The translations under genes were made by a program, and so were the position numbers. Under the pieces are notes generated by a model, which was not told where the DNA came from, ran no database searches, and worked only from the letters and a program-made list of their open reading frames with translations. A stretch of 64,000 nt of DNA from the human T2T-CHM13v2.0 reference genome, Homo sapiens: the NCBI RefSeq assembly GCF_009914755.1, contig NC_060926.1, one strand, 5' to 3'. Positions 29,430 through 42,662 of this stretch are shown here, piece by piece (the stretch's first letter is position 1; every line of letters begins with the position of its first letter).

Positions 29430-29460
<31 letters not shown>
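29430..29460 (+). repeat. Orphan poly-A tract (31 nt)
   Basis: Pure A run with no adjacent recognisable SINE/LINE body. Confidence 0.95.
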
Positions 29461-29462
<2 letters not shown>

Positions 29463-30479
29463 AAAGAGAGAAGAGAGACAAATTCTCTTTCAATTTTTAA
29501 GCCCAGTATATTTGGTAAAAATGTATTTTAAAAAGCACATTAGGTTTATGTATTGGCAGCTTTTAAAGTAGTTTTTAAAATTCCAATGAAAAATTATGTT
29601 ATAGTGCATAAAAAATTTCTTTCAATAAGAAGCTGCCTGTTTTCCTATAGAATTCCAGAGTTTATGCTTGTTACTAGGAGAAATTCATGCGGTTTCCAAG
29701 TAATGGAATCCTTCTCTTTCGTACTGGGAGATGTCAAACAAAGTTGAAGATTGGAAAGGTAAAAACCCATACAACTGGGAAGATCCCAGTTACATCCATG
29801 TCTTAAACAAAGGGCTAGTCTTAAGAGGGACAACTTAAGTCTTAAAGAAATACAACTGACTTTCAAGAAATATGTCTCATTGAAAATTATTCTGAGTTTA
29901 CTTAATAGATAATATGGGCCCTGTATTGTGATATTAATGAGGAAAAAATGTTTTATCCATAAATCTTATTGTCCATAAACTTACAGTCCATATGGAAAAA
30001 TTAAACAACAGGAAAATTTAGGTAACAGTGAATCACTGGGCTGCATCTCATGTTAAATGTCTCAGGAGGACAGAGGTGCCCAGGGCAGGTTTACTGGAAG
30101 AGATGAGGCTTCAATTCCACCTGGAGGTTAGGCATCAGGGGTTAAGGGAGGTAAGTGGTCCAGTCAAATGCGCAGAGGGCAGGAAGGGCAATGAAAACCT
30201 TGAGGAAGGCGAAGCAGACATAAAAGTAGATGCCACCAGTTCAAAGGTCACGTTTGTGAGTTATTTCAAATAAGAAACCATGAGTAATGCATGTGTCTGT
30301 GACAGTCTGCTCAATAACTGGTGCAAAGTAGAAGCTAAAGTATACATGGTAAGTTGACGAATTGATGAATGAACAAAAAGAAAGCTGAATTTATTTCATT
30401 TTGATGTATGCACCACTTCATCCTTTCCTTAAATGTCCACTGATACACGAATATAAGATCAGGATCCTAAGACTGATAT

Positions 30480-30690
30480 CAAGAATCATTTCCTGGGGTC
30501 CAACAGATCTGAGACCAAACTGCAGTTTGTTTGTTTGCTAGCTGGCTAACCTTGGGTAGTTTTTTTTATAACATTCTAAGCCTTATTCTTTCTCATCTGC
30601 AAAATAGAAGTAATACTATTATTTTGACCATCTTATGAAGAGTGAATAAGAAAGCATTGGTACTTACTCTAGTGCTTGAGACATTATAAT
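30480..30690 (+). mobile_element. MIR SINE
   Basis: CTAGCTGGCTAACCTTGGG..CTCATCTGCAAAATAGAAGTAATA. Confidence 0.7.
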
Positions 30691-31821
30691 TTGATATTAA
30701 ACTTAGACATAGTAGGAAAGATAATTCTGCTAGGAAAAAAATTTATGTTTACAAGTGAGTTTTGTTGATCAATGTAACTTATTTTGAATTATGTAGATGT
30801 TTATTTCAGGAGTAATTACTGGAGGATTATAATGGGCATACAGAAAGGCAGTGTCTGAATTCTCTCTAAGCTCCTGAGAGACTATTGCTTGTGTTAGGGT
30901 TTTAGTCATCATGTTTGAATACACAGAGCAGAGAGAGAGGCCACCTAAGTACCCTTTCTTGAATATTCTCCTTTCCTCCTACACTTCTTTTTAGCAAACT
31001 TGGAACGTGATGCCTGGTCCTGAAATCGTCAGCTTTATCACTGGAGCTGGTGTGCAGTGTGAAAACTATTTGAGTCACAGTCAGACATCTACTTGTATTA
31101 GGGAAACAAGGTTTTGCTTAACAGTTTGGAATGTTTAGCTTAATGTAAACTAGGAATGGTGTAGATTCACTGGTAAGCATATGGACTATCAGAGTTCCTC
31201 AAAAAAATTACCTTATACTGCAGTCGAGGGTGCATGAATACCCATTCTTCACTGGTTTGTTACCTTTTGAAGGTAAGATCTTCTCACCAACTTATCTAAG
31301 TGACATTATATCACAGGAGTAATGGCTTAGATTAAGCAAGCACACTCTTCCTTCTTTCCTCCTTCCTTCCCTCTCTTCCTTCCTTCCTTCTTTCTTCCCT
31401 CTATCAACGTTTACTGATTTCATACACTGCCATATCACTGTTTGGTTGAATTGATTGAATGTGTTTAATTATCATTCTGTTATGACATTATTTCTGGATA
31501 CACTTGCTACTGACAATTCTAGGGATATTTTAAGTGTTTGAAGCAACAGCAGGAATCCAGTTTTAGGGTCTTGATGACTACATAAAGATATATAGCTTCA
31601 TGATGAGGATGTTGGAGGAAAGAGGTAGATGAAAAAGCAAATATTCCTGAAGGTCATTTTATGTAGATTAGCACAAGTCCTCTGTCAAGAGAGGAGCACC
31701 AAAGAAGAAGCAGAGAAAGAGAAGAGCTTTCTAAAAGATAGGGATGTTCCTTTGTCTCTTCATGTCCATTGTTTCCCCTCAATATATGCAGACCAGTCCT
31801 AGGGCAGAGCTTCTTGGGTAT

Positions 31822-33200
31822 TGCATTAGTCAGGGTCTCCAGAGAAACATAACCAACAGGATTTATGTATAGGCACATAGAAAGGACAGACTCAATGGGT
31901 TGTGTGCATGTGCATATATGTGTGTACACATACATACATACACACTACACACAAGTACACACAAATACATATATAAGGGGACTTCAAAAAGTTCATGGAA
32001 TACAGAATTACAATATAAAAATTAAAAAGATAAACTTTATTTCTCAACATAAGCTCTGTCAAGTTCAAGACAGTTTTGTAAGCAATGATACCAGATATTT
32101 AATCCATCCCTAAAGAAGTGAGGGTCCTGGGAATTTAACCTTGTCAATGCATTCTTTTCTATACTATTAACTGACAAAAAGTGGGTGCCCTTTAAGAATT
32201 TTTAACACCGAGATACAAAAAGAAGTGAGAAGGAGCCACATCAGGAATGTAGGGTGGATGTCTAGTGATTTTCCATCACAACTCTCAGAAAATTGCCCTT
32301 GATTGATGAGAGGAGTGAGCAGGCTCACTATTGTGGTGGAGAAGGACTCGCTGGTGACGCCTTTCTGGGCATTTTTCTGCTATAGCCTTGGTTAACTTTC
32401 TAAAAACAATCTCATAATTAGCAAATGTTATTGTTCTTTGGCCTTCCAGGAAATCAATAAACAAAAGGCCTTGAGGATCCCAAAATACTATTGCCATGAC
32501 CTTTGTTCTTGACTGGTCCTCTTTTTCTTTGACTGGACCACTTCCACCTCTTGGTACCCATTGTACTTTGTCTTCAAGATCATACTGGGAAAGCCATGCT
32601 TTGCTTCCTGTTACAGTTCTTCAAAGAAATGCTTCAGGATCTTGATCCCACTTACTTAACATATTCATTAAAAGCTCTGCTCTCGTCTGTAGCTCATCTG
32701 GGTGTAATGGTTTTGGCACCCATTGAGTAGAAAGTTTGCTCAACTTGAATTTCTCAGTCAGAATTTTGTGAGTTTAACCAATTGAGATGTTGTGGTGCTG
32801 GCTATCGTTTCTGCTTCTATTCATCAGTCTTCTTCAATTAGGGCGCACACAAGATGAATGTTTTCCTCACAAATTGATGTAGATGGTCTGTCATCACAGA
32901 CTTCATCTTTAACATCACTGTATCCATTCTTAAAATGAATCGCCCATTTGTAAACTGCTGATTTATTTGAGACACTGTCCCCATAAACTGTTTATAAAGC
33001 ATCAAAGATTTCACCATTCTTCTGCTGCCGGGATAAGTCCCACCCACCTCAGGGAGGGCAATCTACTTTCCTTAGTCTACCAATTAATATGTTAATCTCA
33101 CCCAGGAACATCTCGTAGACACATGCAGAATAAAGACTGACTAATGTCTGGGCACTCCTGCTCAGTCAAGTTGATTTGACACATAAAAGTAACCATCACA
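31822..33200 (-). mobile_element. MLT2 (HERV-L type) solo LTR, split by HSMAR2
   Basis: Begins TGCATTAGTCAGGGTCTCCAGAGAAACA (31822-31973) and ends ..CAGTCAAGTTGA..ACATAAAAGTAACCATCACA (33023-33200); perfect TSD GGTAT (31817-31821 / 33201-33205). Confidence 0.88.
31974..33022 (-). mobile_element. HSMAR2 mariner DNA transposon, 5'-deleted, dead transposase
   Basis: TIR-like TAAGGGGACTTCAAAAAGTTCATGGAA after TA; minus-strand translation gives WVPK, TVTGSKAW, VFWDPQGLLFIDFLEGQRTIT..VLLHHNSEPAHSS and HPPYIPDVAPSHF, all mariner transposase motifs. Confidence 0.92.
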
Positions 33201-34797
33201 GGTATAATGAGGCATGGACACCACATGATCAGTAGTGGGTGACATAGTGTCCTAAAAGCAAATGAATACTAAATTATACTTCTTCATAGTATATTTTGTG
33301 CTAATACCTTCAGAAGTGTTTTCCTTGGCTCAACATGTTGTAAAATACTTCTTCTTTACCATTCACTTTTTATTTCCACCTATGCCTTTGTAAACAGGGC
33401 CTGGATATAGAGCACTGGCATGAAACATTCAATTTTCTCATCTTGTGTCTTATTAATCTTTTGTTGACCACTCAGTACCTATTGTGAGTCTCAGGTGGAG
33501 ATGACAAAACCTGACTTAGCAGCAGCTCATTAAAGGCCAAAGAGAAATGTCTATAAAGCGTTATTTAAATTTTATTTAGTTTGGGGGTTGTCATCTGTCA
33601 GCCTCCACTTATTACCTCTGCTTAGAGGTTTTCCTTCCCCTGCCACATGGATCTGGAGCCAGTGAGGTGATGAGAGAAGGCTATCAATATGTGTCTGAGC
33701 ATATTGTTATCATCCTGATTTCTTTGCCAAAGCGCTTTCATTCACTATTAGCAAAGTAAGAGAGGAAGGAATAGCTTCCTGAAGCCACTTGATTTTTTTT
33801 TCCTCCAGAAACACAGGAGACTAACACAGATGGTAGGAAGACAAAATGTGGTTGAACAAGCTAGAGATTTGGTCTTCATGTTGCTGCATAATTGATTTGA
33901 CTAATTTCTGAACCTGCCAAATTAGCCAGGAGAGTGCTGCAGATGCTGCATTCTTCCAGTGAGGAGTCCTTTTTTCTTTAAAATATGATTGTTTTAAAAA
34001 GATACTCTTTTGCTTCATCTATCAGTAACCGTTGCTCAACACTGTGATGCAATGTTAGGACAGCATGGGTACTGTCCTCCCACTAATCATGGGGCACAAA
34101 TGAGAAATCAAATGTCCATGCCACAAACTGGGTGGAAGGGTTCCCGTACGTGAAAGAGCTTTCATCTCAACTTAGCTTAATGGAATACGATACGGTTTCA
34201 ATATTGTAAAACCTACATTGACAAATTGATGAGAAAACAAAACAAAATCCTTTGAAGTGCACAGAATCTGGATGATCTTAGAGAACAGTTTTCTTCAATG
34301 TTTCAAAGTCACAGGGTGATCATTTTTCTGCAAAAACCTTGGCTGTGCAAGTGAGCTGTGCTGAAGTCTGCAGAGCGTACCTACTAAGATGAAAAGACTA
34401 GAGGTACAGAGGTGTGAAACGTCTGCTCAGGTAGAATGCAATGAAAAAAATATTTTAACTACTCCCTCCTCATTGTAGCTCCTTTTGAAAAATCAGTTTC
34501 TTTAAAAAAAAAAATTCTGTATTGTCTATTTTCATGCAAATCATGGTCACCATACTCTCCCAAATGTAAGACCCACAAGTTCAAGAATGTTGCCTCTTAC
34601 TCACATTTATAGTTTCCGAATCAAGAATGGTTTATGGGGCAAAGTAGGCTCTCAGGAAATATATTTGAACTATTTGAACAAAATCATACAAAAATTGGAA
34701 AAATATTTATTAGTGCTTGAAAGTATGGAAAAACAAAGCGCAAGCCAGTTCCGCTTGAGAAAGAAAAGAATCAATTGACTCAAGACTACCCACAAGT

Positions 34798-35133
34798 GGC
34801 AGGGTGCCGTGACTCATGCCTATAATCCTAGCACTTTGGGAGGCCAAGGTGGGTGGATCACTTGAGGCCATGAATTTGAGACCAGTCTGGCCAACATAGT
34901 GAAACCCCATCTCCACTAAAAATACAAAAATTAGCCAGGTGTGGTGGCACACACCTGTAGTCCCAGCCACTTGGGAGGCTGAGGCAGGAGAATCACCTGA
35001 ACCGGAGAGGTAGAGGATGCAGTGAGCCAAGATCACACTACTGCTCTACTGCACTCCAGCACAGGCAACAGAGTGAGGCTGTGTCTCCAAAAAAAAAAAA
35101 AAAAAAAAAAAAGCAAACAAAACAAAACAAAAA
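34798..35133 (+). mobile_element. AluSz/Jb-like
   Basis: Full Alu with a small internal duplication CTACTGCTCTACTGCAC and an A/(CAAAA)n tail; TSD TACCCACAAG / TATCCACAAG. Confidence 0.93.
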
Positions 35134-35800
35134 GTATCCACAAGCAAAGAAAGAGTTGTCCCTAGGGACATATGAATAGGAGGATCACTTAATATTATCC
35201 TATTTGCACTCTCAAGGTTGGAAGTCAAGATGTAGCCATGACACATTGATGGACGAATGTTTAACTGATGACTTATGGAAATTACTCAGATGGATATAAA
35301 TAAAACAGCAGGCAAGGGTGCTCATTTACAGGTGTCTTTTAGCATGCATGAGGTGAATTGAAGTGTAATCCATTTCTACGGCAGTATTCAACAATATCAG
35401 GAGCACAAAAAAAAAAGGGAAGAAAGTCTCTTTAGTAGCTCACAGCTTCTTCACTACGTAAAGCTGGAATGTATAAAGCCAAAATCTAGCAGAGCAACGT
35501 AATCCTGGTGATCCTAGTGTTAATTTTAGGAGGTGGTCTCAAATAATATAATCTAAGGTGAATCAAATGGAGAGGATAAATTGAAGCTATTGGGGAGAGC
35601 ATGAGTGAGTGAAGGAAATAAATTTATGAGAAAGTATGGGAATACAAGGTCAAGGGCATAAGTAGCTAGGATTTTCTCATAACGGGCATAAAAACATGAA
35701 AGATATAAGGACTGGTAAATGCATCTTGTCTCTAAACCCTGGGAAAAGGAGGTAAAGGTAGTTATAAATATACAATTTTATCTTGGTGGGAGAGAGGAAC

Positions 35801-36003
35801 TGATAAAGCTTGAATATCTGTCCCCTCCAAATCTCATGTTGAAATTTGATCCCCAATGCTGGAGGTGGGGCCTGGTGGGAGGCATTTAGGTCATGGCTTC
35901 AGATCCCTCATGAATGGCTTGGTGCTCTCCCCACAGTAATGAGTGAGTTCTCTCCATATTAGTGCATGTGAGAGCTGGTTGTTTTCAAGAGCTTGGCACT
36001 CAC

Positions 36004-36061
<58 letters not shown>

Positions 36062-36327
36062 TCCCTCTCTCCCTTTCCCCCTCCCCCTTCCCTTTCCCCT
36101 CTCTATCCCCTCTCCCTCCCTCTCTTACTCCCTCTCTTGCCCTGTGATATGCCAGCTCCCCGTGCCCTCTGCCATCCGTGGAAGCTTCCTGAAACCTTCA
36201 CCAGAAGCAGAGGCTGGTGCTGTGCTTCTTGTACAGCCTCTAGAACCCCGAGCCAAATCAACCTCTTTTCTTTACAAAATGCCGAGCCTCAAGTGTTCTT
36301 TTATAGCAATGCAGATGGACTAAGACA
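35801..36327 (+). mobile_element. MSTB-like MaLR solo LTR
   Basis: TG..TGTCCCCTCCAAATCTCATGTTGAAATTTGATCCCCAATG..CACCAGAAGCAGA..TTTATAGCAATGC..GGACTAAGACA. Confidence 0.9.
36000..36140. repeat. Long (CT)n plus CCCT-rich pyrimidine tract within the MST LTR
   Basis: About 25 CT units followed by a nearly pure C/T tract. Confidence 0.95.
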
Positions 36328-36789
36328 GAAAGTGGTTAGAGGGAATATTCATGAAACCTCCAATCTTCTTCAAGAAATAACAGGCAAATTTCTCCACTGA
36401 GAATAAAAGGATGTGTTTAAGTAAGAAATTTAAAAGAATATCTAAATTTTGAAATAATAACTCAGAAGAATCAGAGTCATTCTACCAGGTAGTAAAACAA
36501 ACAAAATTATTGCTGGGTGATGCTGAGGCTCTTCTAAGGGCAGGTGGACATGGATTCACACTGTCATCCACACATGTGATGGTGTTTTCTTCAAAAGTTC
36601 TCAGTCAGCCAGGCATGCAAATTAGAGTCCAGATTGTGGCATCCACCTGGGACGGGTCTATTGTGAGAAAGAGGTGGCAGATAGCAAGTTAACTGACAGT
36701 TCTGGTGAGAGAGGGGTTCAGATGAATTCCTTCATGCAGTTGACGGCACAACTATTCCCCTGGACCTCATCACTTCAAAACTGTCATAA

Positions 36790-37350
36790 GTAGTGCAGAG
36801 TGACCTACCCAAAACAGAATCACCCCTTGAATTCTCTTGGAACCTCAGTAACAACACAAGCACTCTTCTACGGACACTATGAGCTACATCCCTTCATGAT
36901 ATGGTCCCTGCCTGCCTCCTCAGCCTTACATCCAAATATATGCCCCTTTGCAACATCTTGCTCAAACGCTCCCTGGGTCCCTTTTCAAATGGGAACAATT
37001 TCTACATTACAAATGATGATAGAGTGGCACCTACATGTGACTGCTAGAGTGTTTCAATCCTCTGTGGTTTTGCACAACCTGTTTCCTTTTCCCAGAAGTC
37101 ATCATCTGTCACTCCCACTGTCATGCTTTCACTTCACAGTGTCAATGAGTTTTGACATATGCAATGTAAATCACTCTTCCCTTCATACAAATTGTATACC
37201 CAGTCCATATTTTCCAAACTTACTTTATTGTAATTATGTGTTTACATAATGTTTCTACTAGATTGTGATCATATTAATAACAATGACTTTGGCTCATTTA
37301 CTTTTTATGCTCAGGACCCAAGTATTATGTGAAACATAGGAGTTACCCAA
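36790..37350 (+). mobile_element. L2 relic
   Basis: CCCTTCATGATATGGTCCCTGCCTGCCTCCTCAGCCTT and the terminal CAATAAATATGCATTG. Confidence 0.55.
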
Positions 37351-37859
37351 TAAATATGCATTGGATGCAAGGCAGGTGGCTGTGGAGATGAGCATTGGGG
37401 GTGACATGGCCTTGAGCTGGGAAGGGGCACCAAGAGGGCAATTTTGAGAGAAGGAGAAAGATACAAAGAAGAGGCTGTTGAGTTTGGACGATAATGACAG
37501 ACTTGCCTTTATTGACCCTTTCCAAGAACAAGACATAATATGGATGAGTATATCAGAACTAGACTGTCGAAAACTTTAAAACTAGATAATGGAGATTAGC
37601 TGCAATGTTGTTGAAAATTAGAATCCCAATGACTAAAAGGACTTTATTCTCTTTTCTGGAAAACATTGCGTGAGGAGGTGAAATTACTCAACATCACATT
37701 GTTCTAAGATATTTACTAGTCCACCCTTTACTACAGCCATAGGTTAACTTATTTCTTTATTCACATAACTGCAGTCTTAAGACATTTTAGAAAAAACTGT
37801 TCTAAAATGAAAACTATTCTAAAAAAAGCTATTCTAAAATGAAAGATGCCATACTTTAA

Positions 37860-38155
37860 CAAAATGAAATTACAAATAACAGAAGCCAGACACAAATTAG
37901 TATAGTTTCATACGATTCCATTTATTCAAAGTACAGAAACATGACAACACACTCATCTCTGCTGTTAGAAGTCAGGATAGCATTACGGTAGGGTCAGGTG
38001 GGGAACTGAATGGACCAGGAGAGGAGCTTCTGGGGTGCTGAAATATTTCCTTTTATCTGTGATTTGAGTGCTAGCTACACAGAGGTGCTCAGATAGTAAA
38101 AGTTCATTAAGCTGTACATTTTTCTGAATATATGTTACTTTAATTTTAAAATTAT
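37860..38155 (+). mobile_element. L1ME-type 3' end
   Basis: GAAGCCAGACACAAA..GATTCCATTTAT..TGTTAGAAGTCAGGATAG..CTTCTGGGGTGCTG..TTCATTAAGCTGTACA. Confidence 0.85.
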
Positions 38156-38449
38156 AAACGTGAGACTGAGTGAAAACATTTGAAAATAGTATATAATACA
38201 CAACGTTACCATGTTTAATGTAAGAATATCTCCAACAAATTCATTCAAAAAAGATAACTCAGGAGAAAAATGAACAAAGAACATGAACAGACAACACATA
38301 GAGGCATACAAATGCCGAATAAACATGTTTTTTAAATATTTTTAAGACATGTTGGTCTGGAAACTGCAAATTCAAATAAAAACTAGCCACCGTTTTTCAT
38401 CTAACAGACTAGCAAACATTAAGAAATGGATAATACCATAATGAGCAGC

Positions 38450-38648
38450 CTTTACTGAGTATATACTATGCGACAACATTCTTCTACATAGTTATTTTTT
38501 TCTCATTTAACTTTTGATCTAACTTTTATCTCCATTTTATAGAAAATATCAGTAATTTTTCTCACATAGTAGGTGGCAGATCTAGGCTTCAAATCAGGCA
38601 GTCTGACCCCAAAACTCATTATTTTAACTACCATTTTATACTGCTTCT
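38450..38648 (-). mobile_element. MIR SINE
   Basis: TAGGTGGCAGATCTAGGCTTCAAATCAGGCAGTCTGACCCCAAAACTCAT. Confidence 0.8.
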
Positions 38649-39319
38649 CTGTAAGAATTCTGTCTGTTGTAACGGCCATTCCTCCTGCTTCCCTACAGGC
38701 ACTGACCAATTCACAAACTAGTCATAGGAGTAAGGTAGAAATTTAGAAATCTATTCTTCTATTATGGTGGTTACTAAAATTGTTACATTAGTACTTTTCT
38801 TTGTCACCGAACTGAACACAATTATCCTAAAGCTCACCTGAAGACAATCCTCCCATGCTCTTTTTTTTAAAAAAAGAAACTATTAACCTCCTGAAAATTA
38901 AAACTCACCCTATAGTGAAATGATGTCCAATTTATTTGATTACACAACCGAGTTTGGGATTGTGCTTTAAAAAGAGAACATTTATTCATATATACTGAAA
39001 CTGTAAGAATCCTGTAACTCAACAAATGGTGGAAAACAGGGATGCTAATTTCTTCATTTTTTATAACCAAAAGTTCACTAAAATTAGGTAATTAAGAGAA
39101 CAAGAAAAATAAAGAGAAAGTAAAAATTATATAAATGTTATTATTCCTGAATGGATTATTTTTTAAAAAGTAAATTATATAGTTACAGTTACCTATAGGA
39201 AGCCACTAGGAGAAAATGTATAAACATCCAAAATTATCAGAACACATATACAAAACAAAGCAATCACCACATTGAGAAAAATTTAAAAAATAACTAAATG
39301 ATTTAAAAATTTGAAGCCA

Positions 39320-39460
39320 AATATATCTGTCATACAAGTGCATGTATAGATTGCCTAAAAGCTCCAATTGAAAGAAACTTTATCAGGTGGACCACAAATC
39401 AGAACCTCATATGCCCTGTACAAGAGAAACACTTAAATGACTAAAAAAGACTCTCAAAAG
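39320..39460 (+). mobile_element. Ancient L1 ORF2 endonuclease-start fragment
   Basis: GCTCCAATTGAAAGA..ATATGCCCTGTACAAGAGAAACACTTAAA resembles the L1 APIKR..ICCLQETHL region. Confidence 0.55.
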
Positions 39461-40569
39461 TTTTAATTACAGTGAGTTGGTAAAATGTCCTTCACCCACA
39501 CAGGCAGAAACAATAGATAATGATGTGGCTTCAGAAAGTAGAGATTAATCATAAGCCTCTTTCTCTTGTTTCTGAACCACACTGAGAACTTACGCAGGAA
39601 TACAAATGAGGCACAACGCAGTGATTATTTTGGTAAAACTATATTGGGAACATGACTTGGACTCGAGGCTCACTCTTTAATCCTTAAATTGAATTTACCC
39701 ATGGGGTGGCATATGGAGGACCTCGGACCTTGTAGGAGCCACAACCCTGAGATCCTACCCACACAAGAAATAGAAGTTAAAGTACGTTTTACGGCAGGCC
39801 CACATATAAGCAGGGGGATTGTAAAAGGGGTAAAGTGAGAGAGAGAAATACACAGACAGAGGGAAAACAAATGCAAGTGCCTGTGCTGGAGCCCCGGGAA
39901 CACTCGTTTCCTTCCGGAAGGTGACCACTGAAGTCTTGTAAACAAGTTTGTGAGTGAATGGCATGAATACTGCTTGATAGGGAACAATGGAAAGAGACCG
40001 AATTTGGGAGAAAGTATGTAAATCTAGTTTTACACATGATGAATTTAGGATACCTAAGATGAACATCAAGAAGACCATTGGATTATATGCCTGGAATGAA
40101 AAGTAAAGCATATGATTTCTCCCACTTTTCCTTTTCCCACTGTGGGATTTTTATTAGTCATTTACAATGCCTGAGATTAAATACGTCATTTCTTCCAATG
40201 TCATTTACTTGTAGTGTAATACTTAAAAGACATCAACACTCATCAACAATCCTCTTTATTATGGTCTTCCTATTCATGGTTTTGGCTATATGTCATGGTT
40301 AAGGTGATTTTTTTTTGGCTTTGGTTTTATTTTGCTTTTATTTATTTATTTATTATTTATTTTTTTTGGTACATTTTTCCAGGACTGGCTCTCAGGTAGA
40401 ATAGTTCCCTGAGCTTAAACCTGTTTGACAATGTCTTCTTCTAACATTTAAGTATGAAAGAAAACTTATCTTGTTATGATTTTTCAGTCATGTACTATTT
40501 TCCACTGAACTTGTAGACCTAAGCCGCTTTTAAAAAACTCAATATTGCTCCAGAGAATTAGAAAGTGAA

Positions 40570-40842
<273 letters not shown>

Positions 40843-40929
40843 TCATTCATGAAGTTCAATATTTTCATGAGGATATGTGTGGTTGGTGGTGGCTGTTTTT
40901 ATGTATTCTTCCTGCAAAAGACATAAATT

Positions 40930-41225
40930 ACGTTTGTTAAAAATCAGGTTCAGCTGCAATTGCCAGCAAAACCCAAAATAACAATGAGTTAACAAGATAA
41001 TAATTTATTTTCCCTTCACGGTGAAGAAATCTGAAGGAAGCCATCATGTCAACATCCCAGGCACCATAGGAAGAAATGTAGGCAAATTAGCAAACTGTGC
41101 TCCTTTGACTTAATTCCTGGAATTCGTGCATACTCTTCTTGCTTACATCCCATCAGCCAAAACTTAGTTGCATGATTACACCTGAGTGGCAAAAGCAGCT
41201 AGGAAATGCTGCCTTTATGCTAAAC
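40930..41225 (-). mobile_element. MLT1-family LTR fragment
   Basis: CAGGTTCAGCTGC..CCCAAAATAACAATG..TTGCTTACATCCCATCAGCCAAAACTTAGT..GCTAGGAAATG. Confidence 0.6.
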
Positions 41226-41749
41226 AGACTTTTCCCAAATCCTTTGTTTTGATATGGTTTAGTTGAATTCCCTTGATCTCTTTTCCATCTCATGTGAGTC
41301 ATTTGCTTATGCTCTGAGCTGCCATTTGAGGACATACTAATAGTACACTTCTTATTTGTTTGTTTGTTTGTATCCTAAGGGACATAGGTGATATTAAGGA
41401 AAAGAAAATGGGAGAAATAACATAACTAGGGAGACACATACATATCTTGGAAGCTGTGTACTCTGAATTCTCTTCTGAGGTCATTTAGCCAACTCAGGAA
41501 TTAATCCCATACTCATTGAGTAATGCCCTTGAGTCTCAGTACAAATAAGACTCTTAATTTCCATCCAAGGCAACCAGTTTCATTATTCCTTATTCTTTTT
41601 GCTCACTGAAAATACCCTACAATTGTTTCCACCATGCCACTGAAAAGTTGGAAGAGGAGAAACATACTGAAGCCTGTGGAGAAGGACCATTTTTCCATTT
41701 TTAATCATTTGAGCTAAGAACTAGGGGAACTTCCCTGAGGCTCTCAGGA

Positions 41750-42580
41750 AATGCACAGAATTTATACAAAGAAACCTTACTGAGGTCCATGAAAAAGACC
41801 TGAATAGAGAATAAAGACAAAACATTAACTTAAATGTTCAGAATTGATATTATAAAGCTTGTAAAAAAAATCAAAGAGATTTAAAAAAAGCAAGAAAGGA
41901 AGACCCATAAATATAATGCAAACTAATTGTATCCTGACATAATTTTCTTAATAAATTAAAACAAATAATTATATGAATGATTTATATGGAAAAATAATTG
42001 TCTAAACGTTGCGAATTAGTTTTTATTTTAAATAAAGAGTGATAAGGGTGGATTTTCTCTAAGAAAAGATTATATTTTAAAGCTACAGTAACTAAAGCAT
42101 GCAGTGTTAAGCAAAGAACAGGCAGAACATTTGCGTCATATGCTGGAAAATTCAGAGTAAAAAAATATACATAATCATAGTGTATGGGCAGATAAGCCCT
42201 TTAAATCCAGGGAGAAAGAATTTTAAAGACAATACAAAAGCTAAGTACCTGGGAGAAGAAAACCATATAAGATTCTCAAACTATATCTGATACCAAAAAT
42301 GTTAAAAGAATGCATTGAAGTTTCAAACTTAGAAAATGTGATCAAATATGCCCTAGTAAAAAATAAGTTGATATGATTAAGCATATTCTTCCAACTTTTT
42401 TTTCTGATGAGCAGAACACTTTTAAGCAACACATCAATGGCAGAAATCTTAAAGCCATGATTGATAGATAGACCTTGAAAAACTGAGTTTACAAAATTAA
42501 AATGCAGACAGATACTGAGTAATAATTTCAACATAAATGAATGAGAAAAACAAAATTAATACAAAACAAAGAACCCTGAT
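41750..42580 (+). mobile_element. Highly diverged L1M ORF2 3' fragments
   Basis: A-rich; TATATTTTAAAGCTACAGTAACTAAAGCA and similar L1 ORF2-like blocks. Confidence 0.55.
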
Positions 42581-42662
42581 AGAGAAGAAGAAGGAAAGAC
42601 CATCCTCCTGCTTAGTCAACTAAATGCTGCTGATTCAGCCTGTGCTTTAGTTTGTTTTAAAG

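Noticed and set aside
35943-36400. Overlapping ORFs with SLSLSL repeats
   Set aside because: Translation of the (CT)n microsatellite in the MST LTR.
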